Shown here piece after piece: positions 41,276 through 52,916 of a stretch of 64,000 bases of DNA. Within the stretch, counting starts at the first letter, position 1; each line of letters begins with the position of its first letter. Source of the stretch: an uncultured delta proteobacterium. GTDB lineage: Bacteria; Desulfobacterota; Binatia; Bin18. The notes under the pieces are model-generated. The model saw only the letters and a list, made by a program, of their open reading frames with translations, searched no databases and had not been told where the DNA came from. Location of the stretch: the NCBI GenBank assembly GCA_963733195.1, contig CAVTCR010000062.1, positions 128,001-192,000 on the forward strand, written 5' to 3'. A program made the translations under genes and the position numbers.

Positions 41276-41761
41276 CTACAGTACAATGATACCAGTGCGA
41301 ATGAGATACGCGAGCTTGGTGCGTTGCTCGGCATCAAGCAGCGTGTGGATCTGGCGGAGTGCAGCCACCAATGCGTTCTGCAGCCGCTCCGTACTCTTCA
41401 CCCGGAGCGCAGCCCCTTCACTAGCTTTCTCTGCATCAAATGAGGCCGCAGCGAGGGCATCAGCGAACGCTGAAACTGTACGCCGCTCGTCGACCTCCGC
41501 TTGCGCCCGCTCGGTCTTCAGTTCATTGAGAATACGTGCCAGCTCGTTGACCTGATTGGGATCGAGGTCAAGCTTATAAGCCAAGAGGCGCAGCGGCCGA
41601 CGCACGCCAAATGCTGTGCCGCCGTAATCACTGTGCCGACCACTAGTAGCATAACTTTGATACCGATCACGCCAATCTGTGAAGGGTCCACAATCAGCCC
41701 ATCCACCTCGCTCATTACGGCGGCGGGCATACTCCCACCAATGAAGCATTCCTGAATGCAT
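41276..41761 (-). CDS. Spy/CpxP-like helical protein
   Basis: FGVRRPLR.LAYKLDLD..Q and IHTLLD.EQR motifs; AGGAGG RBS. Confidence 0.75.
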   Translation of the reverse strand: MHSGMLHWWEYARRRNERGGWADCGPFTDWRDRYQSYATSGRHSDYGGTAFGVRRPLRLLAYKLDLDPNQVNELARILNELKTERAQAEVDERRTVSAFADALAAASFDAEKASEGAALRVKSTERLQNALVAALRQIHTLLDAEQRTKLAYLIRTGIIVL

Positions 41762-41927
41762 AGATCCTCCTCTCGCCAGGGCTATCGCTCCTAGCGGGTT
41801 TGTTGAAACGTGGGCACCATGCCTCACGTTGTTTCGTCACGGTAATCGTGGCTCTCGTGACAGTCAACCGGGGATCAAACTTGACGACCCTCGCCGTGCT
41901 CCAGGAGTGAGTTCGTGCCTTCTTTGC

Positions 41928-42581
41928 CTAGCTCACTTTGGCGTTCATTCGTCCTAAACGTACGAGCGCCTCGCGTGCGGGCTGGAACGTAGGTCTGACA
42001 TCCAGGGCCATATAATAATAGTGTGCAGCTTGACGCATGTCCCCTTCTTCTTCACTGAGAGAGCCTAACCGGTAGTAGGGCTCTGGCCGCATGAGCTCAC
42101 GCAGCATCGCGGTTTTGAGGTATGCTCGTGCTTCGCCGTAGGCCTTTCGCTTTCGTGCCAGCTCTGCCAGATGGAGGAGGTCCTCAACTGATCCGCCAGA
42201 CCCTAACTGTTTGCGCACAAGAATTTCCTCAACGAGGCGCTGAATCGCTTTTGGGTCGAATGGCTTCTCTATGAAGTCTGTAGCTCCGAGCTTCATAGCC
42301 TCAACTGCACTTGCGACTGATCCGTAAGCGGTTAGGATCACGACTGCGGTCGTGCTGCTCAGGCCACGGAGGAAGCGCGTGAGTTCAAGTCCCCCCATCT
42401 TCGGCATCTGCAGGTCGACGAAAGCGATGTCGTAGTATTGCTCCTTACTCTTAGTGAGTGCCTCCTTCCCATCTCCCGCAGTGTCAACCTCATAACCAGC
42501 CGCCTCCAACACCATACTAAAGTTTTTACGAATGTTTCGCTCGTCATCAACGACGAGAATTCGCGCTTGCGGCTTCGTCAT
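41928..42581 (-). CDS. Response regulator with C-terminal TPR
   Basis: ILVVDDE, DLQMP, TAYG, KP; PEPYYRLG...PTFQPA. Confidence 0.9.
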   Translation of the reverse strand: MTKPQARILVVDDERNIRKNFSMVLEAAGYEVDTAGDGKEALTKSKEQYYDIAFVDLQMPKMGGLELTRFLRGLSSTTAVVILTAYGSVASAVEAMKLGATDFIEKPFDPKAIQRLVEEILVRKQLGSGGSVEDLLHLAELARKRKAYGEARAYLKTAMLRELMRPEPYYRLGSLSEEEGDMRQAAHYYYMALDVRPTFQPAREALVRLGRMNAKVS

Positions 42582-44442
42582 ACTTGGCTCCTTGTTTTGC
42601 CTCACCTGCTGTCGCGTAGGGCAGCGTGAACCAGAAGGTACTGCCCTGTCCTCCTTCGCTCTTCACTCCAATATCCCCGCCATGTCCTTGCACAATCTCC
42701 TTGGCAATAGAGAGGCCCAATCCAGCACCACCTACGGGCGCAGCCCGGAACGCGGAAGAATTTGTCAAAGAGGCGCGGTTGATACTCTTTGGGGATGCCG
42801 CCGCCCGTGTCGGTAACTTCAAAACGCACCGAATCGTCCGTCGGCTGTGCGCGCACCCAAACCTCCCCATTCCTGGGCGTGTAGCGGATCGCGTTGGTGA
42901 TGAGGTTCGCAAACACCAGCGCAACGCGCTCCGGGTCCGCCATCACCTCACCGTCTAGCAGCGGTGAGGTGATCTTGAGCTGTATGCCGCGCTCTTCCGC
43001 CGCAGCCTGATGCGCCTCTACCGCAGCTTCCACCAGAGCCGCAGCGGACATTGGGTGCGGATGCATCTCGACGCGGCCGGCCTCGATACGGGAAAGGTCC
43101 AAGAGATCATCGACCATCGCTTGCAGCCGCTCACAGTCCTCCCGTGCGGCATGAAGCAGGTCAGCCTGCTTCTCAGTGACCGGGCCGACCACTTGCTCAA
43201 GGCAGAGATGGATGGCCATGCGCAGAGAAGTCAGCGGGGTGCGAAACTCGTGGGCGACGGTGGCTACAAGGTCGTTCTTTAACTCGTCAAATCGTCGGGG
43301 TCTGGTGACATCCTGGAGGATGACGGTGGCCCCGACGATTCCCCTCTGCGGCTCGTACACCGGGGTCGCCCGCGGCAAGAGGTAGCGGTCGCCCTCCGCC
43401 GAAGACACTCGGATCGCTTCCTCGAAGCCTTTGGGAATGTAGGGTCCTTTCCCGCCTAAAACATGGATACGCAGCCGCTCCAGGACCGCACGCACAGCAG
43501 GGTCGGTATTTTTCAGGGGATCGGTGGTGCCGGCCTCTAATGCCAGTCCGAGCAACGTCTCGGCAGCGCGATTCACGTTACGGACATCCCCTTCGACGCC
43601 AAACACCACCACGGGGTCGGGAAGGCTGTCGATCGCCGCTTGCGAGGCTTGTTGGACCTGAAGCAGCTCGCCGAGTGAACTACGACGGTATTCGTCTAGG
43701 TGGCTCGCCATGGCGTTGAAGTCGCGCGCAAGCTCGGCGAGTTCGTCTTCGCCGTGGGCGGGCGCTCGCGCGGTGAAATCTCCTTCACCAATGCGGCGCG
43801 TCGTCTGACTCAGGATAGAGAGTGGTCGCAGGAGCCGTCTCGTGAGTGAGATCGAGAGGAAAAGTCCGAGCAAAAGCGCGCCTAAGCGCCACGGTAAGAG
43901 TAAGCACCATCATACGCTCTGCAGTGCGGCGGACGGTTTCACTCTTGCGTACCATGGCATCTTGGTTGGTCGCCAAGATTGTTTCTGCAGCCGTCTTTAT
44001 TTCGCGGAAGGTGGGTTCGAGTTCGGTGAAATAGAACTGCTTCGCTGCTTCAGGGTCAGTTGTTTCTTTGAGCCGGTCGAATTTCTCTTGATAGTTCATC
44101 CAACAGCGCGCGGAGCCGCCGGGTAGCGTCTTGCTCGCCCGGTTCAGTAATGTTTCCCTCCTGTACTTTGAGTTCGTTCTCAAATTGTTGCCGAAACTCC
44201 GTCGCCCGCTGCGCCTCCTCATCTCGCAAAGCCGCCAACAGGAGCAAAGGTCCAGTGTCCTCCAGACGTTCGATGGCCTCCTGCATGCGTTGTGCGGCAA
44301 GAACACTTCGATAGTTATCCTTCAAGATGGTTTGAGAATACGAACCCAGGGAAGAGATGATCACCACGGAGAAGATGCACACCAACGCAAGGGCCAGAAT
44401 TAACGGGGCTTGCGCAAGTAAGAGCTTAGTCCGTAAGGTCAT
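42547..44442 (-). CDS. Membrane sensor kinase (four-helix sensor-HAMP-PAS-HisKA-HATPase, KinB-like), frameshifted
   Basis: ORF pieces 44056..44442, 43785..44306, 42602..43873, 42547..42924; [31 protein letters not shown]. Confidence 0.9.
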
Positions 44443-45592
44443 GCTTGTGCCTCCCCGTTTTCCACCGAGATGATGTGCACGTCAAACCCTTCGGCTTCCT
44501 TCGCGAGTCTCAGCGTGATCGACCGCCCGAGTACTTGTCGCCACCAGGGTTGCTGTGAGCGCCCGACGAGGATGTGGGCAACCCCGTGGGTGCGTGCAAA
44601 CTCGAGCAGCGCCGGGACCGGATCTTTCGCTTGTAAACGCACGACTTGGGCGCCAAGCTCGCGGGCCTTCTGCTCGTTCTCAAGAAGGTGACGCTGGGCC
44701 TCGGCGTCGATGCGCAGTAGAGCCTCTTGCGGAGTCTCGACGTAGACGACAAACCAGTCGGTGTTGAGCCGGCCCGCCATGCGGGAGCCGCGTCTAAGCA
44801 GCGTCATGCCATGAGGAGAAGACGACGAGAGGCAGACCATCACCCGTTCACTCGCTGCAGCTTTGCGCGCCGCGTCGTTGGCAGAGATCTGGGCTGAGAC
44901 CGTGTGGTCAATACTCTCAGCGACCTCGCGCAGTGCGATCTCGCGCAGGATCGACAGGTTTTCGGGCTTGAAGAAGTGCTGGAGCGCCCAGGAGACTTTG
45001 TCAGCGCTGTAGATCTTCCCGGCACGGAGGCGATCGAGGAGGTCTTCGGCTGCCAGGTCCAGGTTTACTACCTGGTCCGCCTGCTTCAAGAAGAAGTCTG
45101 GCACAGTCTCACGAACAATGACGCCGGTTGCCTGCTTCACAAGATCGTTCAGGCTTTCGAGATGTTGTACGTTAAAAGCACCAATGACGTTAATGCCAGC
45201 GTCAAGGAGGGCAAGGACGTCCTGGTACCGCTTCTTATACTGGCCTCCGGGAACGTTCGTGTGAGCGAGTTCATCGACGATCGCGACCTGCGGCCGCCGC
45301 GCGAGCGCCGCGTCCAGGTCCATTTCCTCGACCATTACCCCCCGGTACTCGAACCGGCGCCGCGGAATAACTTCCAGTCCCTCGATCAGCGCCGCGGTTT
45401 CGGCGCGGCCATGCGTTTCGACGAAAGCCAGGACAACGTCAACGCCACGCTTTTTGAGAGCGTGGGCTTCTTCTAACATTTGATACGTCTTTCCGACGCC
45501 CGCTGCCGCGCCGATGTAGACTTTTAGCGCCCACGCTTAGCGCGCTCGACCAACTCCAGGAAATCTTCGGCGCGCGGGCGTCCTTCACTCAT
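44439..45592 (-). CDS. kdpD: Stand-alone KdpD N-terminal sensor (KdpD + Usp domains), frameshift near 45530
   Basis: YIGAAAGVGKT, ETHGR, VDELAHTN, NVQHLESLND, Usp domain; no TM or kinase domain. Confidence 0.92.
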
Positions 45593-45891
45593 CCCGTCCC
45601 CTCTTGTTGCGTCGCCTCATACTCTGCGAGGCGATGCGCGCGGTACCAGATCCATTGCATACGCTCGCAGCGAGCGTGGCGAGACCACGTACCCCCACAG
45701 GGAAAGAAACGCTTGGTGCTCTGGGAAAAAGAGTCGGCCACAGAGACAAGCCAGAGCAGTGCGCCAATGATTGCTAAGACATGGACAAGAACAGCCTGGC
45801 TTCGTTCACTCTCGTACGTAACTGGGCTTCGATGAGAGCTTGAAGTTTTCTCTATCTGCTTCCGGGGGACGGTAAATGTAAAGGAGTCCAT
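45589..45891 (-). CDS. Small hypothetical single-TM protein inside the kdp operon
   Basis: MDSFTFTVP...VLVHVLAIIGALLWLVSVA; stop overlaps the kdpD start (ATGA). Confidence 0.5.
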   Translation of the reverse strand: MDSFTFTVPRKQIEKTSSSHRSPVTYESERSQAVLVHVLAIIGALLWLVSVADSFSQSTKRFFPCGGTWSRHARCERMQWIWYRAHRLAEYEATQQEGTG

Positions 45892-45943
45892 AGCCGGTTT
45901 GTTTTCCTGTACGGTGCGCTCAAAACGTAGCGCATTTCCTGGC

Positions 45944-46606
45944 TCAGTCCGCTGCAGACTGACCACCGGAACTGATGGTGACCTCACGCTTTCTATCAGA
46001 TCTTCCGTCCTGCGTTTGTACTGGGGCAGGACGACCGAATTGACGATCGAGCGCAAGATTGAGAAGCAGGAGGTTGACTCTTGGCTCACCAAGTACCCCC
46101 AGGTCTCTTCCTTCAGTCATCGTTTCCACAACGGTTTTGACTCGTTCTGGCGTAATTCCTCGGGCGCTTGCGACGCGGGATACTTGCCATAGCGCTGCCC
46201 GCGGTGAGAGGTGAGGATCGAGCCCACTAGCGGAAGTCGTCACCAGTTCAATAGGAACTGGCCCTGGCGCTCCTGGATTCTCTTCTGTGAGCCGCGCGAG
46301 ATCCTGAACGACGCGATCCTGTAGTTTCTTCGATGTCGGGCCGAGATTAGAACCAGACGAAGCAGTGGCATCATATCCACTGCCTGCGGCCGAGGGACGT
46401 GACTGGAAGTAGGCGGGGTGGGTGAAGCCTTGTCCGACCAATTCCGAGCCGATGACCTGTCCGCGCTCGTCAGTGACGAGACTTCCATTCGCTCGGTACG
46501 GGAACAGAAGCTGGGCCAGCCCGGTGATCACATAGGGATAGATGATTCCCGTCAGGACGAGCGTAACGGCTGTAACGCGTAGGGCAATGAGTAGCGTTTT
46601 CTGCAT
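45944..46606 (-). CDS. kdpC: K+-transporting ATPase subunit C
   Basis: ANGSL, YFQSRPSA, SGSNLGP, SASGLDPH, GEPRVNLL.LN. Confidence 0.97.
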   Translation of the reverse strand: MQKTLLIALRVTAVTLVLTGIIYPYVITGLAQLLFPYRANGSLVTDERGQVIGSELVGQGFTHPAYFQSRPSAAGSGYDATASSGSNLGPTSKKLQDRVVQDLARLTEENPGAPGPVPIELVTTSASGLDPHLSPRAALWQVSRVASARGITPERVKTVVETMTEGRDLGVLGEPRVNLLLLNLALDRQFGRPAPVQTQDGRSDRKREVTISSGGQSAAD

Positions 46607-46618
46607 AGTAAATACTCC

Positions 46619-48670
46619 TTACACGAGGCCGAAGGCTTCCAAAATCAAGTCAATGAATTTGATCCCAATGAAAGGCGCAATCACGCCTCCCACGCCGTAG
46701 ATGAGCAACGAGCGCGCCAGCAACGCTCCTGCACCAAGGGGACGATACTGTACGCCTCGGAGCGCCAATGGGATAAGCGCAATAATAATGAGCGCGTTGA
46801 AAATCACCGCCGAGAGAATGGCACTCTGCGGTGAGGCCAGGCGCATGATGTTAAGGGGGGCAATCTCCGGATAGACACCGATGAAGAGAGCAGGGATGAT
46901 GGCAAAATACTTAGCCACGTCGTTGGCGATCGAAAAGGTGGTCAGCACGCCACGGGTCATGAGCAACTGCTTACCGACTTCGACCACTTCCAATAGCTTG
47001 GTGGGATTAGAATCGAGATCAACCATGTTGCCGGCCTCTTTGGCCGCTTGGGTGCCGGTGTTCATGGCGACGCCAACGTCGGCTTGGGCAAGGGCTGGAG
47101 CGTCATTGGTGCCGTCGCCGGTCATCGCCACCAGCTTGCCTTTCGCCTGCTCTTCTTTGATCAGACGCATCTTTGCTTCCGGCGTCGCTTCGGCCAGGAA
47201 GTCATCAACACCAGCCTCTCGGGCGATGGCCGCTGCGGTACGGGGGTTGTCTCCGGTGATCATCACCGTGCGGATGCCCATGGCGCGGAAGCGCTCGAAG
47301 CGCTCTTTGATCCCACCTTTCACCACGTCTTTGAGATGAAGAACTCCCAGGATCCGATTGCCGTCGGAAACAGCGAGTGGCGTCCCGCCTGTATCACTAA
47401 TACGATGCGTGATCGCATCGACCTCAGTCGGAATCTTGCCACCCAGCGCTTTGACATGCACTGTGATCGCATCGACTGCGCCCTTGCGGATGATCCGGCC
47501 GTTGAGGTCGCAGCCGCTCATGCGGGTCTGGGCACTAAAGGGGATAAACTGGGCCCCGGTCTGTTGAATGTCTCGCCCTCGCAGCCCGTAGCGCTCCTTC
47601 GCCAGCACAGTGATGGAGCGCCCTTCAGGCGTCTCGTCAGCCAGACTCGCAAGTTGAGCGGCGTCGGCTAACTCTTCGGCGCGCACCCCGCCTACGGACA
47701 GGAACTCCGTTGCCATGCGATTGCCCAGCGTGATGGTCCCGGTCTTGTCCAGGAGCAGGGTGTCCACATCGCCTGCCGCTTCTACGGCTCGACCACTCAT
47801 AGCCAGGACGTTCTTGCGCAGTAAGCGATCCATGCCAGCGATGCCGATAGCCGAGAGTAGTCCGCCAATGGTGGTGGGGATTAAACACACCAGGAGTGCC
47901 ACGATCACGGTGGCGGAGAGCCCAATCCCTGAATAGAGCGCCAGCGGCACTAAGGTCACGCAGGCGAATAGGAAGACCAGCGTCAGGCCAGCCAGCAAGA
48001 TATTCAGCGCGATTTCGTTGGGCGTCTTCTGCCGCGATGCCCCTTCCACCAAGGCAATCATGCGGTCAAGAAACGACTCACCAGGATCAGTGGAGATCCG
48101 CACCACGATACGATCAGAGAGCACTTTGGTGCCGCCAGTTACGGCTGACCGGTCCCCACCACTTTCGCGAATCACCGGAGCCGACTCTCCGGTGATCGCA
48201 GACTCATCAACCGAGGCGATGCCTTCGATAATCTCTCCGTCGCCTGGGATCAGCTCTCCCGCTTCCACCACGACAACATCGCCTTTGCGCAGTGCGGAAG
48301 CTGGTACTTGCTCTTCGCGGTTGTTCACAAGCCGGCGCGCCGTGGTTTCCTTGCGCATCTTCCGCAAAGTTGCGGCTTGGGCTTTGCCACGCCCTTCGGC
48401 CACGGCCTCGGCGAAGTTAGCGAACACGACGGTAAACCACAGCCAGAAGCTCACCGCGGCGGTGAACCAGAGCGGCTGTGAGCCCGGCGTCGGCGCAACC
48501 AGATCGCGCAGGAAAATGAGTGTGGTGAGCACGCTGCCAATCTCGACTATGAACATGACGGGGTTCTTGATGACGTGCTGTGGCGTCAGTTTGCGAAAGC
48601 TCTCCCAGACTGCCGGCTGCACGATCTCGGGATCAAACAGTGAGAGTTCTCTTTTCATGGAGTCTGCCAT
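46619..48670 (-). CDS. kdpB: K+-transporting ATPase subunit B
   Basis: [32 protein letters not shown]. Confidence 0.98.
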   Translation of the reverse strand: MADSMKRELSLFDPEIVQPAVWESFRKLTPQHVIKNPVMFIVEIGSVLTTLIFLRDLVAPTPGSQPLWFTAAVSFWLWFTVVFANFAEAVAEGRGKAQAATLRKMRKETTARRLVNNREEQVPASALRKGDVVVVEAGELIPGDGEIIEGIASVDESAITGESAPVIRESGGDRSAVTGGTKVLSDRIVVRISTDPGESFLDRMIALVEGASRQKTPNEIALNILLAGLTLVFLFACVTLVPLALYSGIGLSATVIVALLVCLIPTTIGGLLSAIGIAGMDRLLRKNVLAMSGRAVEAAGDVDTLLLDKTGTITLGNRMATEFLSVGGVRAEELADAAQLASLADETPEGRSITVLAKERYGLRGRDIQQTGAQFIPFSAQTRMSGCDLNGRIIRKGAVDAITVHVKALGGKIPTEVDAITHRISDTGGTPLAVSDGNRILGVLHLKDVVKGGIKERFERFRAMGIRTVMITGDNPRTAAAIAREAGVDDFLAEATPEAKMRLIKEEQAKGKLVAMTGDGTNDAPALAQADVGVAMNTGTQAAKEAGNMVDLDSNPTKLLEVVEVGKQLLMTRGVLTTFSIANDVAKYFAIIPALFIGVYPEIAPLNIMRLASPQSAILSAVIFNALIIIALIPLALRGVQYRPLGAGALLARSLLIYGVGGVIAPFIGIKFIDLILEAFGLV

Positions 48671-48671
48671 A

Positions 48672-50397
48672 CTAAAAAACCTTTCCATTCTGAGCCAAAA
48701 AGTGTTCAACGATAGGCCCGAGCGACAACGCCGGGAAGAACGTCAACGCCCCGACAATAATGACAACACTGACCAGGAGCACAACGAAGAGTCCACCGTT
48801 CGTCGGGAAGGTCCCCGGCCCTGGTGGCACCACCTTCTTGCCCACCAGAGACCCGGCAATCGCCAGTGCGGGTACGATCATTAAAAAGCGGCCAATGAGC
48901 ATGGCCAAACCGAGAGTGATGTTGTACCAAGGCGTATTAGCGTTGAGACCAGCAAAGGCCGAGCCGTTATTACCCGTAGCGCTGGTGTAGGCGTACAGGA
49001 TTTCACTCAGTCCATGAGGACCAGCGTTGTTCAGTGAAGAAACCCCATACGGCGCTACCGACGACCACGCAGAGAAATAAAGAATCGAGAGTGGAAAGAT
49101 AAGGACGTACAGCATCGCCAGCTTGATCTCCCGCGCCTCGATCTTCTTGCCGAGATACTCAGGCGTGCGGCCAACCATCAGACCGGCAATAAAGACAGAC
49201 AACAGGACGAAAACCAGCATGCCATACAGCCCAGCGCCAACACCACCGAAGATCACCTCACCGAGCTGAATGTTTACCAGCGGCACGAGGCCACCGAGGG
49301 GAGTGAAGCTATCGTGCATCGAGTTGACCGCGCCGCACGAGGCGTTGGTAGTAACCGTCGCAAAAAGGGCTGAGTTGACCACACCGAAGCGGACCTCCTT
49401 GCCCTCCATATTCCCCGCCGTTTGATCTACCGCCAAGATTTGCAACGCTGGGTTGCCAGTTGACTCGAAATGATACGCAGTCGTTACGCCCATGAAAAAC
49501 ATCACCGCCATGGCGGCAAAGATAGCCCAGCCTTGCTTTCTGATCCCGCGCCATACGGCCATAGGTGTAGGTCAGCGCCGCTGGTATGGCGAAGATCAAC
49601 ACCATTTCGATGAAATTCGTCAATGGTGTCGAACTCTCAAAGGGATGGGCGCTGTTAGCGTTGAAGAAGCCACCGCCATTGGTGCCGAATTCCTTGATGA
49701 CTTCTTGTGAAGCGACCGGACCCATCGCGAGAGTTTGCTTGGCGCCTTCCAGAGTAGTGAGGTCTACATAAGGCGAAAAGTTTTGGATAAGCCCTTGCGA
49801 GACCAATACCAGCGCAACCGGGATGCAGATCGGCAGCAGCACGTACACCGTCGCGCGGATCAGATCGACCCAGAAGTTGCCGATTGTCGGTGGGTCACCA
49901 GGCCGCAACCGGTACGTCAGCCCGCGAGCTAAGGCGATAGCGATAGCCATACCGGCTGCGGCGGAGATGAAATTGTGCCAGGCAAGCCCCGCCATCTGCG
50001 TCAGATAGCTCATGGTGGATTCACCAGAGTATGACTGCCAGTTCGTGTTCGTCGTGAAGCTCGCCGCGGTATTGAACGCAAGCTCTGCTGGCACCGGACC
50101 AAACTGCTGCGGGTTCAACGGCAGCACGTGCTGCAGTCGCTCAATGGCGTAGGTCACCAGCAGCGTGATGCCGCTAAAAAGGAGGAGCGCGATGGTATAG
50201 TCTGTCCACTTCTGCTGCTCCTTGGGATTGACCCCGCAGAGCCGGTACAGCCCGCGCTCAATCGGGCCAAAGAAGCGCGGCAGGGGCTGCTGGTCTCCTT
50301 CGAAGACACGAAACATATAGATGCCTAGCGGCTTGGTCACCGCCAGGATCACCAGAGAGTAAAGAAGAATCTGAAACCACCCATTTGCCGACATCAT
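48672..50397 (-). CDS. kdpA: K+-transporting ATPase subunit A, frameshift near 49540
   Basis: NTNWQ, TNGGG, SCGAVN, NNGSAF filter motifs across two ORFs. Confidence 0.97.
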
Positions 50398-50460
50398 TGC
50401 CCCCTAACTTTCTTATGTGAGAAGCGTCCCAGTGTATAAATGCCCGTGTTCGCATCCCTG

Positions 50461-50550
50461 CTAGAACCGCTCTGGCCACAGGAGCGCATACACTAAATAG
50501 CCCATCAGCAGGACCGACAGGATGCCGCCAAGTACGTATTCCAGAGTCAT
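50461..50550 (-). CDS. kdpF: K+-transporting ATPase subunit F
   Basis: MTLEYVLGGILSVLLMGYLVYALLWPERF; AGGAG RBS; absent from the ORF track. Confidence 0.95.
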   Translation of the reverse strand: MTLEYVLGGILSVLLMGYLVYALLWPERF

Positions 50551-50559
50551 AAATTTCTC

Positions 50560-50643
50560 CTATAGGCGATCGCAGCCAAGCGTATAGGCACATGCGATCG
50601 CAAAAAATATTATTGTCGTTGCGAGAAACAGTACATCCAGCAT
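50560..50643 (-). CDS. 27-aa hydrophobic peptide upstream of kdpF
   Basis: MLDVLFLATTIIFFAIACAYTLGCDRL; GAGGAGG RBS. Confidence 0.85.
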   Translation of the reverse strand: MLDVLFLATTIIFFAIACAYTLGCDRL

Positions 50644-50677
50644 AGCTTCCCTCCTCAAGAAAGTGTCTCTCCTGTGG

Positions 50678-50694
50678 CGCAATAGTCGTACCAA
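50678..50694 (-). promoter_or_regulatory. Sigma-54 promoter of the kdp operon
   Basis: TTGGTACGACTATTGCG (GG-N10-GC). Confidence 0.85.
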
Positions 50695-50755
50695 GACAAA
50701 GGAAAGAAAGCTGCGAAAAACCCAAGAGGAGAGATATTGAAGGAAGCAAGGTTCG

Positions 50756-50798
50756 TGCAGAGTGCATGATGGTAGGGCTCAGCATATCGCAAAACGCA
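50756..50798. promoter_or_regulatory. Putative activator sites YGCA-N3-YGCA x2
   Basis: TGCAgagTGCA and CGCAaaaCGCA, starts 32 nt apart; geometry repeated at 58590-58632. Confidence 0.65.
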
Positions 50799-50852
50799 AG
50801 ATGGTTACCGGCAGCCAACTGTGACTCCTCTCATGATTTTCCTAAGTTTTCT
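50787..50852. repeat. Direct repeat copy 1 (copy 2 at 58621-58682)
   Basis: Shared tcgcaaaaYgcaagRtggttac and gccaactgtgactcctctcatgatttYcctaagYtttctc. Confidence 0.92.
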
Positions 50853-51470
50853 CACTCCTTGTCATAGGAAGGTTCCTTCGAGTGTCGAGCTATCTAGGAA
50901 GTCTAACGCGAGAGGAATTCAAGTCCATTCGTGATGGTGTCCAGCGCGTCTTCGATCTCGGGGGTGAACGGGAAGTTCCGTAGCCCGGATGCAAGCCGGG
51001 CACGAAACCTGCGACTGGAACCGCCGCACTTTTGGTTCGAGTTCGCCGGCACCTGTTCCCACGTCAGGGGGCTTGCATACTGCAAACCTGTCCCCACCCC
51101 TGCGGCAACAGCTCCCTGGATGTGTTCAGCACTTTACTGCCGTCCCCCTTGTCAGCCAGAGGGACAACCGCTTGAGCAGAGGCGTATGCAGCAGTGAAAA
51201 TGCGGGCCCGGTATAGTTATATGCAGCGACATTTTGCCTCTGCCTTCCTTCGGGCGTTCTTCGGACTGCTTCTGCTGAGCAGCTGGGGCGTCTCTATACT
51301 CGGTGAGGGGCGCCCGCAGCACCCCGCGTCTCCGGCTATGAGCTTTGCTGCAGTGAATCACGGTGCTGGCAACGCACCCTATCTCGGGACAACGTCTGCT
51401 ACGGTCGAACTGAGCCTGCGGTGTGAGCAGAATAGCAAACGGCCGCGCCCGAAAATCTACTCCACGTTCC

Positions 51471-52916
51471 GGTCAAGAGCCTCGGTTCCTGTAACCTGGG
51501 TTAGGCAGCAGACGCGGCACTTCTGCGAGTTGGTACATAGGGTGATGGCTCGCTCATACTCACTTCCTGTTCGTCCAGCTTGAGTTGCGTTCGTAAGCTG
51601 TGAATCTGTTGTTGCTCAAATTCACTAAAACACTTCTTGCCCCAGCGCTCACTGACGCGGATCAACACGCCAAAGACTAAGTGCACTAAACTCCCTTCGG
51701 TCCACAGGTGCGGGATGACTTTGGTCCGCCGCCGTTCTTCGACAAAGGCCCGCTCGACCAGATTGGACGTGCGCACGTATTGTTGATGACGTTTGGGCAC
51801 GGCGAGATGATTGAGGCTGGCCTCGGCATCATCAAGTAAACAGCGACAGAGTTCGGGAAACTCGCGCTGATACCGTTCCACAATGGCGTCGCGCCGTTGC
51901 TCCCCCTTCTCCTGGCTCGGGGCATCGCGCATATCCACCAGTAACGCTTTCACCTCCGGCCAGGTTTGGGCGGGCACTTTTTGTTGGAGGTTTTGCATCT
52001 TATGAAACCAACAGCGAATGCGCAGAGATTTGGGCCACACCGCATCAATGGCTTGCGTCAAGCCGATCGCGCCATCAGTCGTGATCGTGGCTGGGGGCCG
52101 CAGCCCCCGTTTCACGAGGTCGCGGAAGACCTCCCGGCAACTCTCAAAACTTTCACTATTGGCCGTCGAGAGACTCAACAACACTTTGCGTCCATCTTCA
52201 CAGATCGCCCACACACAGAGCACGCCGGTTTTCTGGCCCCAGCGGCGGAGCGGTTCATAGACGGTGTCAATAAAGAGGTAGGCGACCGGCTCCTGCCGCA
52301 AATCGCGCGTGCGAAATGCCTCATATTCCTCGGCTAAACTCTCCGCGATCTCACTGACCGTGCGTTGCGAGAGCAGAAAGTGCCCCACCGCACTCTCTAA
52401 CCCCTGCTCAATATCCCGCTGCGACATCCCGCCCACATACATTTCCACAATGAGCTTCTTGAGCACCTCACTGGTGTGACTCATATTGTTCCATAACTGC
52501 GAGCGATACGGTTCGGCCTGGCCCCGAATCTGCGGCACTTTGACGTGCAAGACGCCCTCGCCGGTTTTCAGTGTCCCATTTTCATACCCATTGCGGTAGC
52601 CGACCTTCTCCCCTCGCAGTTCATACCGTCCACGGCCGAGGGCCATCGCCTGTTCCTGTTCTAAGGCTTCTTGCAAAATCCGTTCGGTCGAGAGTCGAAC
52701 CAAGAGACTCAACAATTCTTCTCCACTTTGCCCTTCCGCCTGTCCCTGCAACAAGGCTCGTAACGCCTGGGCCTTTTGTTCACTCGGTGCTATCTTCTTC
52801 TCCATACGGGAGTCCTCCTTCTCGGTTTGGGTTAATCGTTCTCACAATCCGATTACCTACCCTAGAAGTGATTCCCGTCTACTCCCTTGCTGTTTACAGG
52901 AGAACTACCTGATACC
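51471..52916 (-). mobile_element. IS256-family insertion sequence with 9-bp target duplication
   Basis: ccacgttcc at 51462-51470 and 52917-52925; imperfect ends GGT..TCCTGTAA. Confidence 0.92.
51501..52805 (-). CDS. IS256 (Mutator-like DDE) transposase
   Basis: YRNGY, VPQIR, GMSQRDI, RGL, TDG, RCWFHK, RTSNLVER. Confidence 0.96.
   Translation of the reverse strand: MEKKIAPSEQKAQALRALLQGQAEGQSGEELLSLLVRLSTERILQEALEQEQAMALGRGRYELRGEKVGYRNGYENGTLKTGEGVLHVKVPQIRGQAEPYRSQLWNNMSHTSEVLKKLIVEMYVGGMSQRDIEQGLESAVGHFLLSQRTVSEIAESLAEEYEAFRTRDLRQEPVAYLFIDTVYEPLRRWGQKTGVLCVWAICEDGRKVLLSLSTANSESFESCREVFRDLVKRGLRPPATITTDGAIGLTQAIDAVWPKSLRIRCWFHKMQNLQQKVPAQTWPEVKALLVDMRDAPSQEKGEQRRDAIVERYQREFPELCRCLLDDAEASLNHLAVPKRHQQYVRTSNLVERAFVEERRRTKVIPHLWTEGSLVHLVFGVLIRVSERWGKKCFSEFEQQQIHSLRTQLKLDEQEVSMSEPSPYVPTRRSAASAA

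Noticed and set aside
46881-48884. Plus-strand ORFs opposite kdpB
   Set aside because: Antisense shadows in GC-rich coding DNA.
6001-50397. Programmed ribosomal frameshifting in split genes
   Set aside because: Too many unrelated genes are affected and no shared slippery motif was seen; sequencing error is simpler.
50650-51470. c-di-AMP (ydaO) riboswitch upstream of kdp
   Set aside because: Conserved ydaO blocks were not found, and the sigma-54 box leaves only a very short leader.
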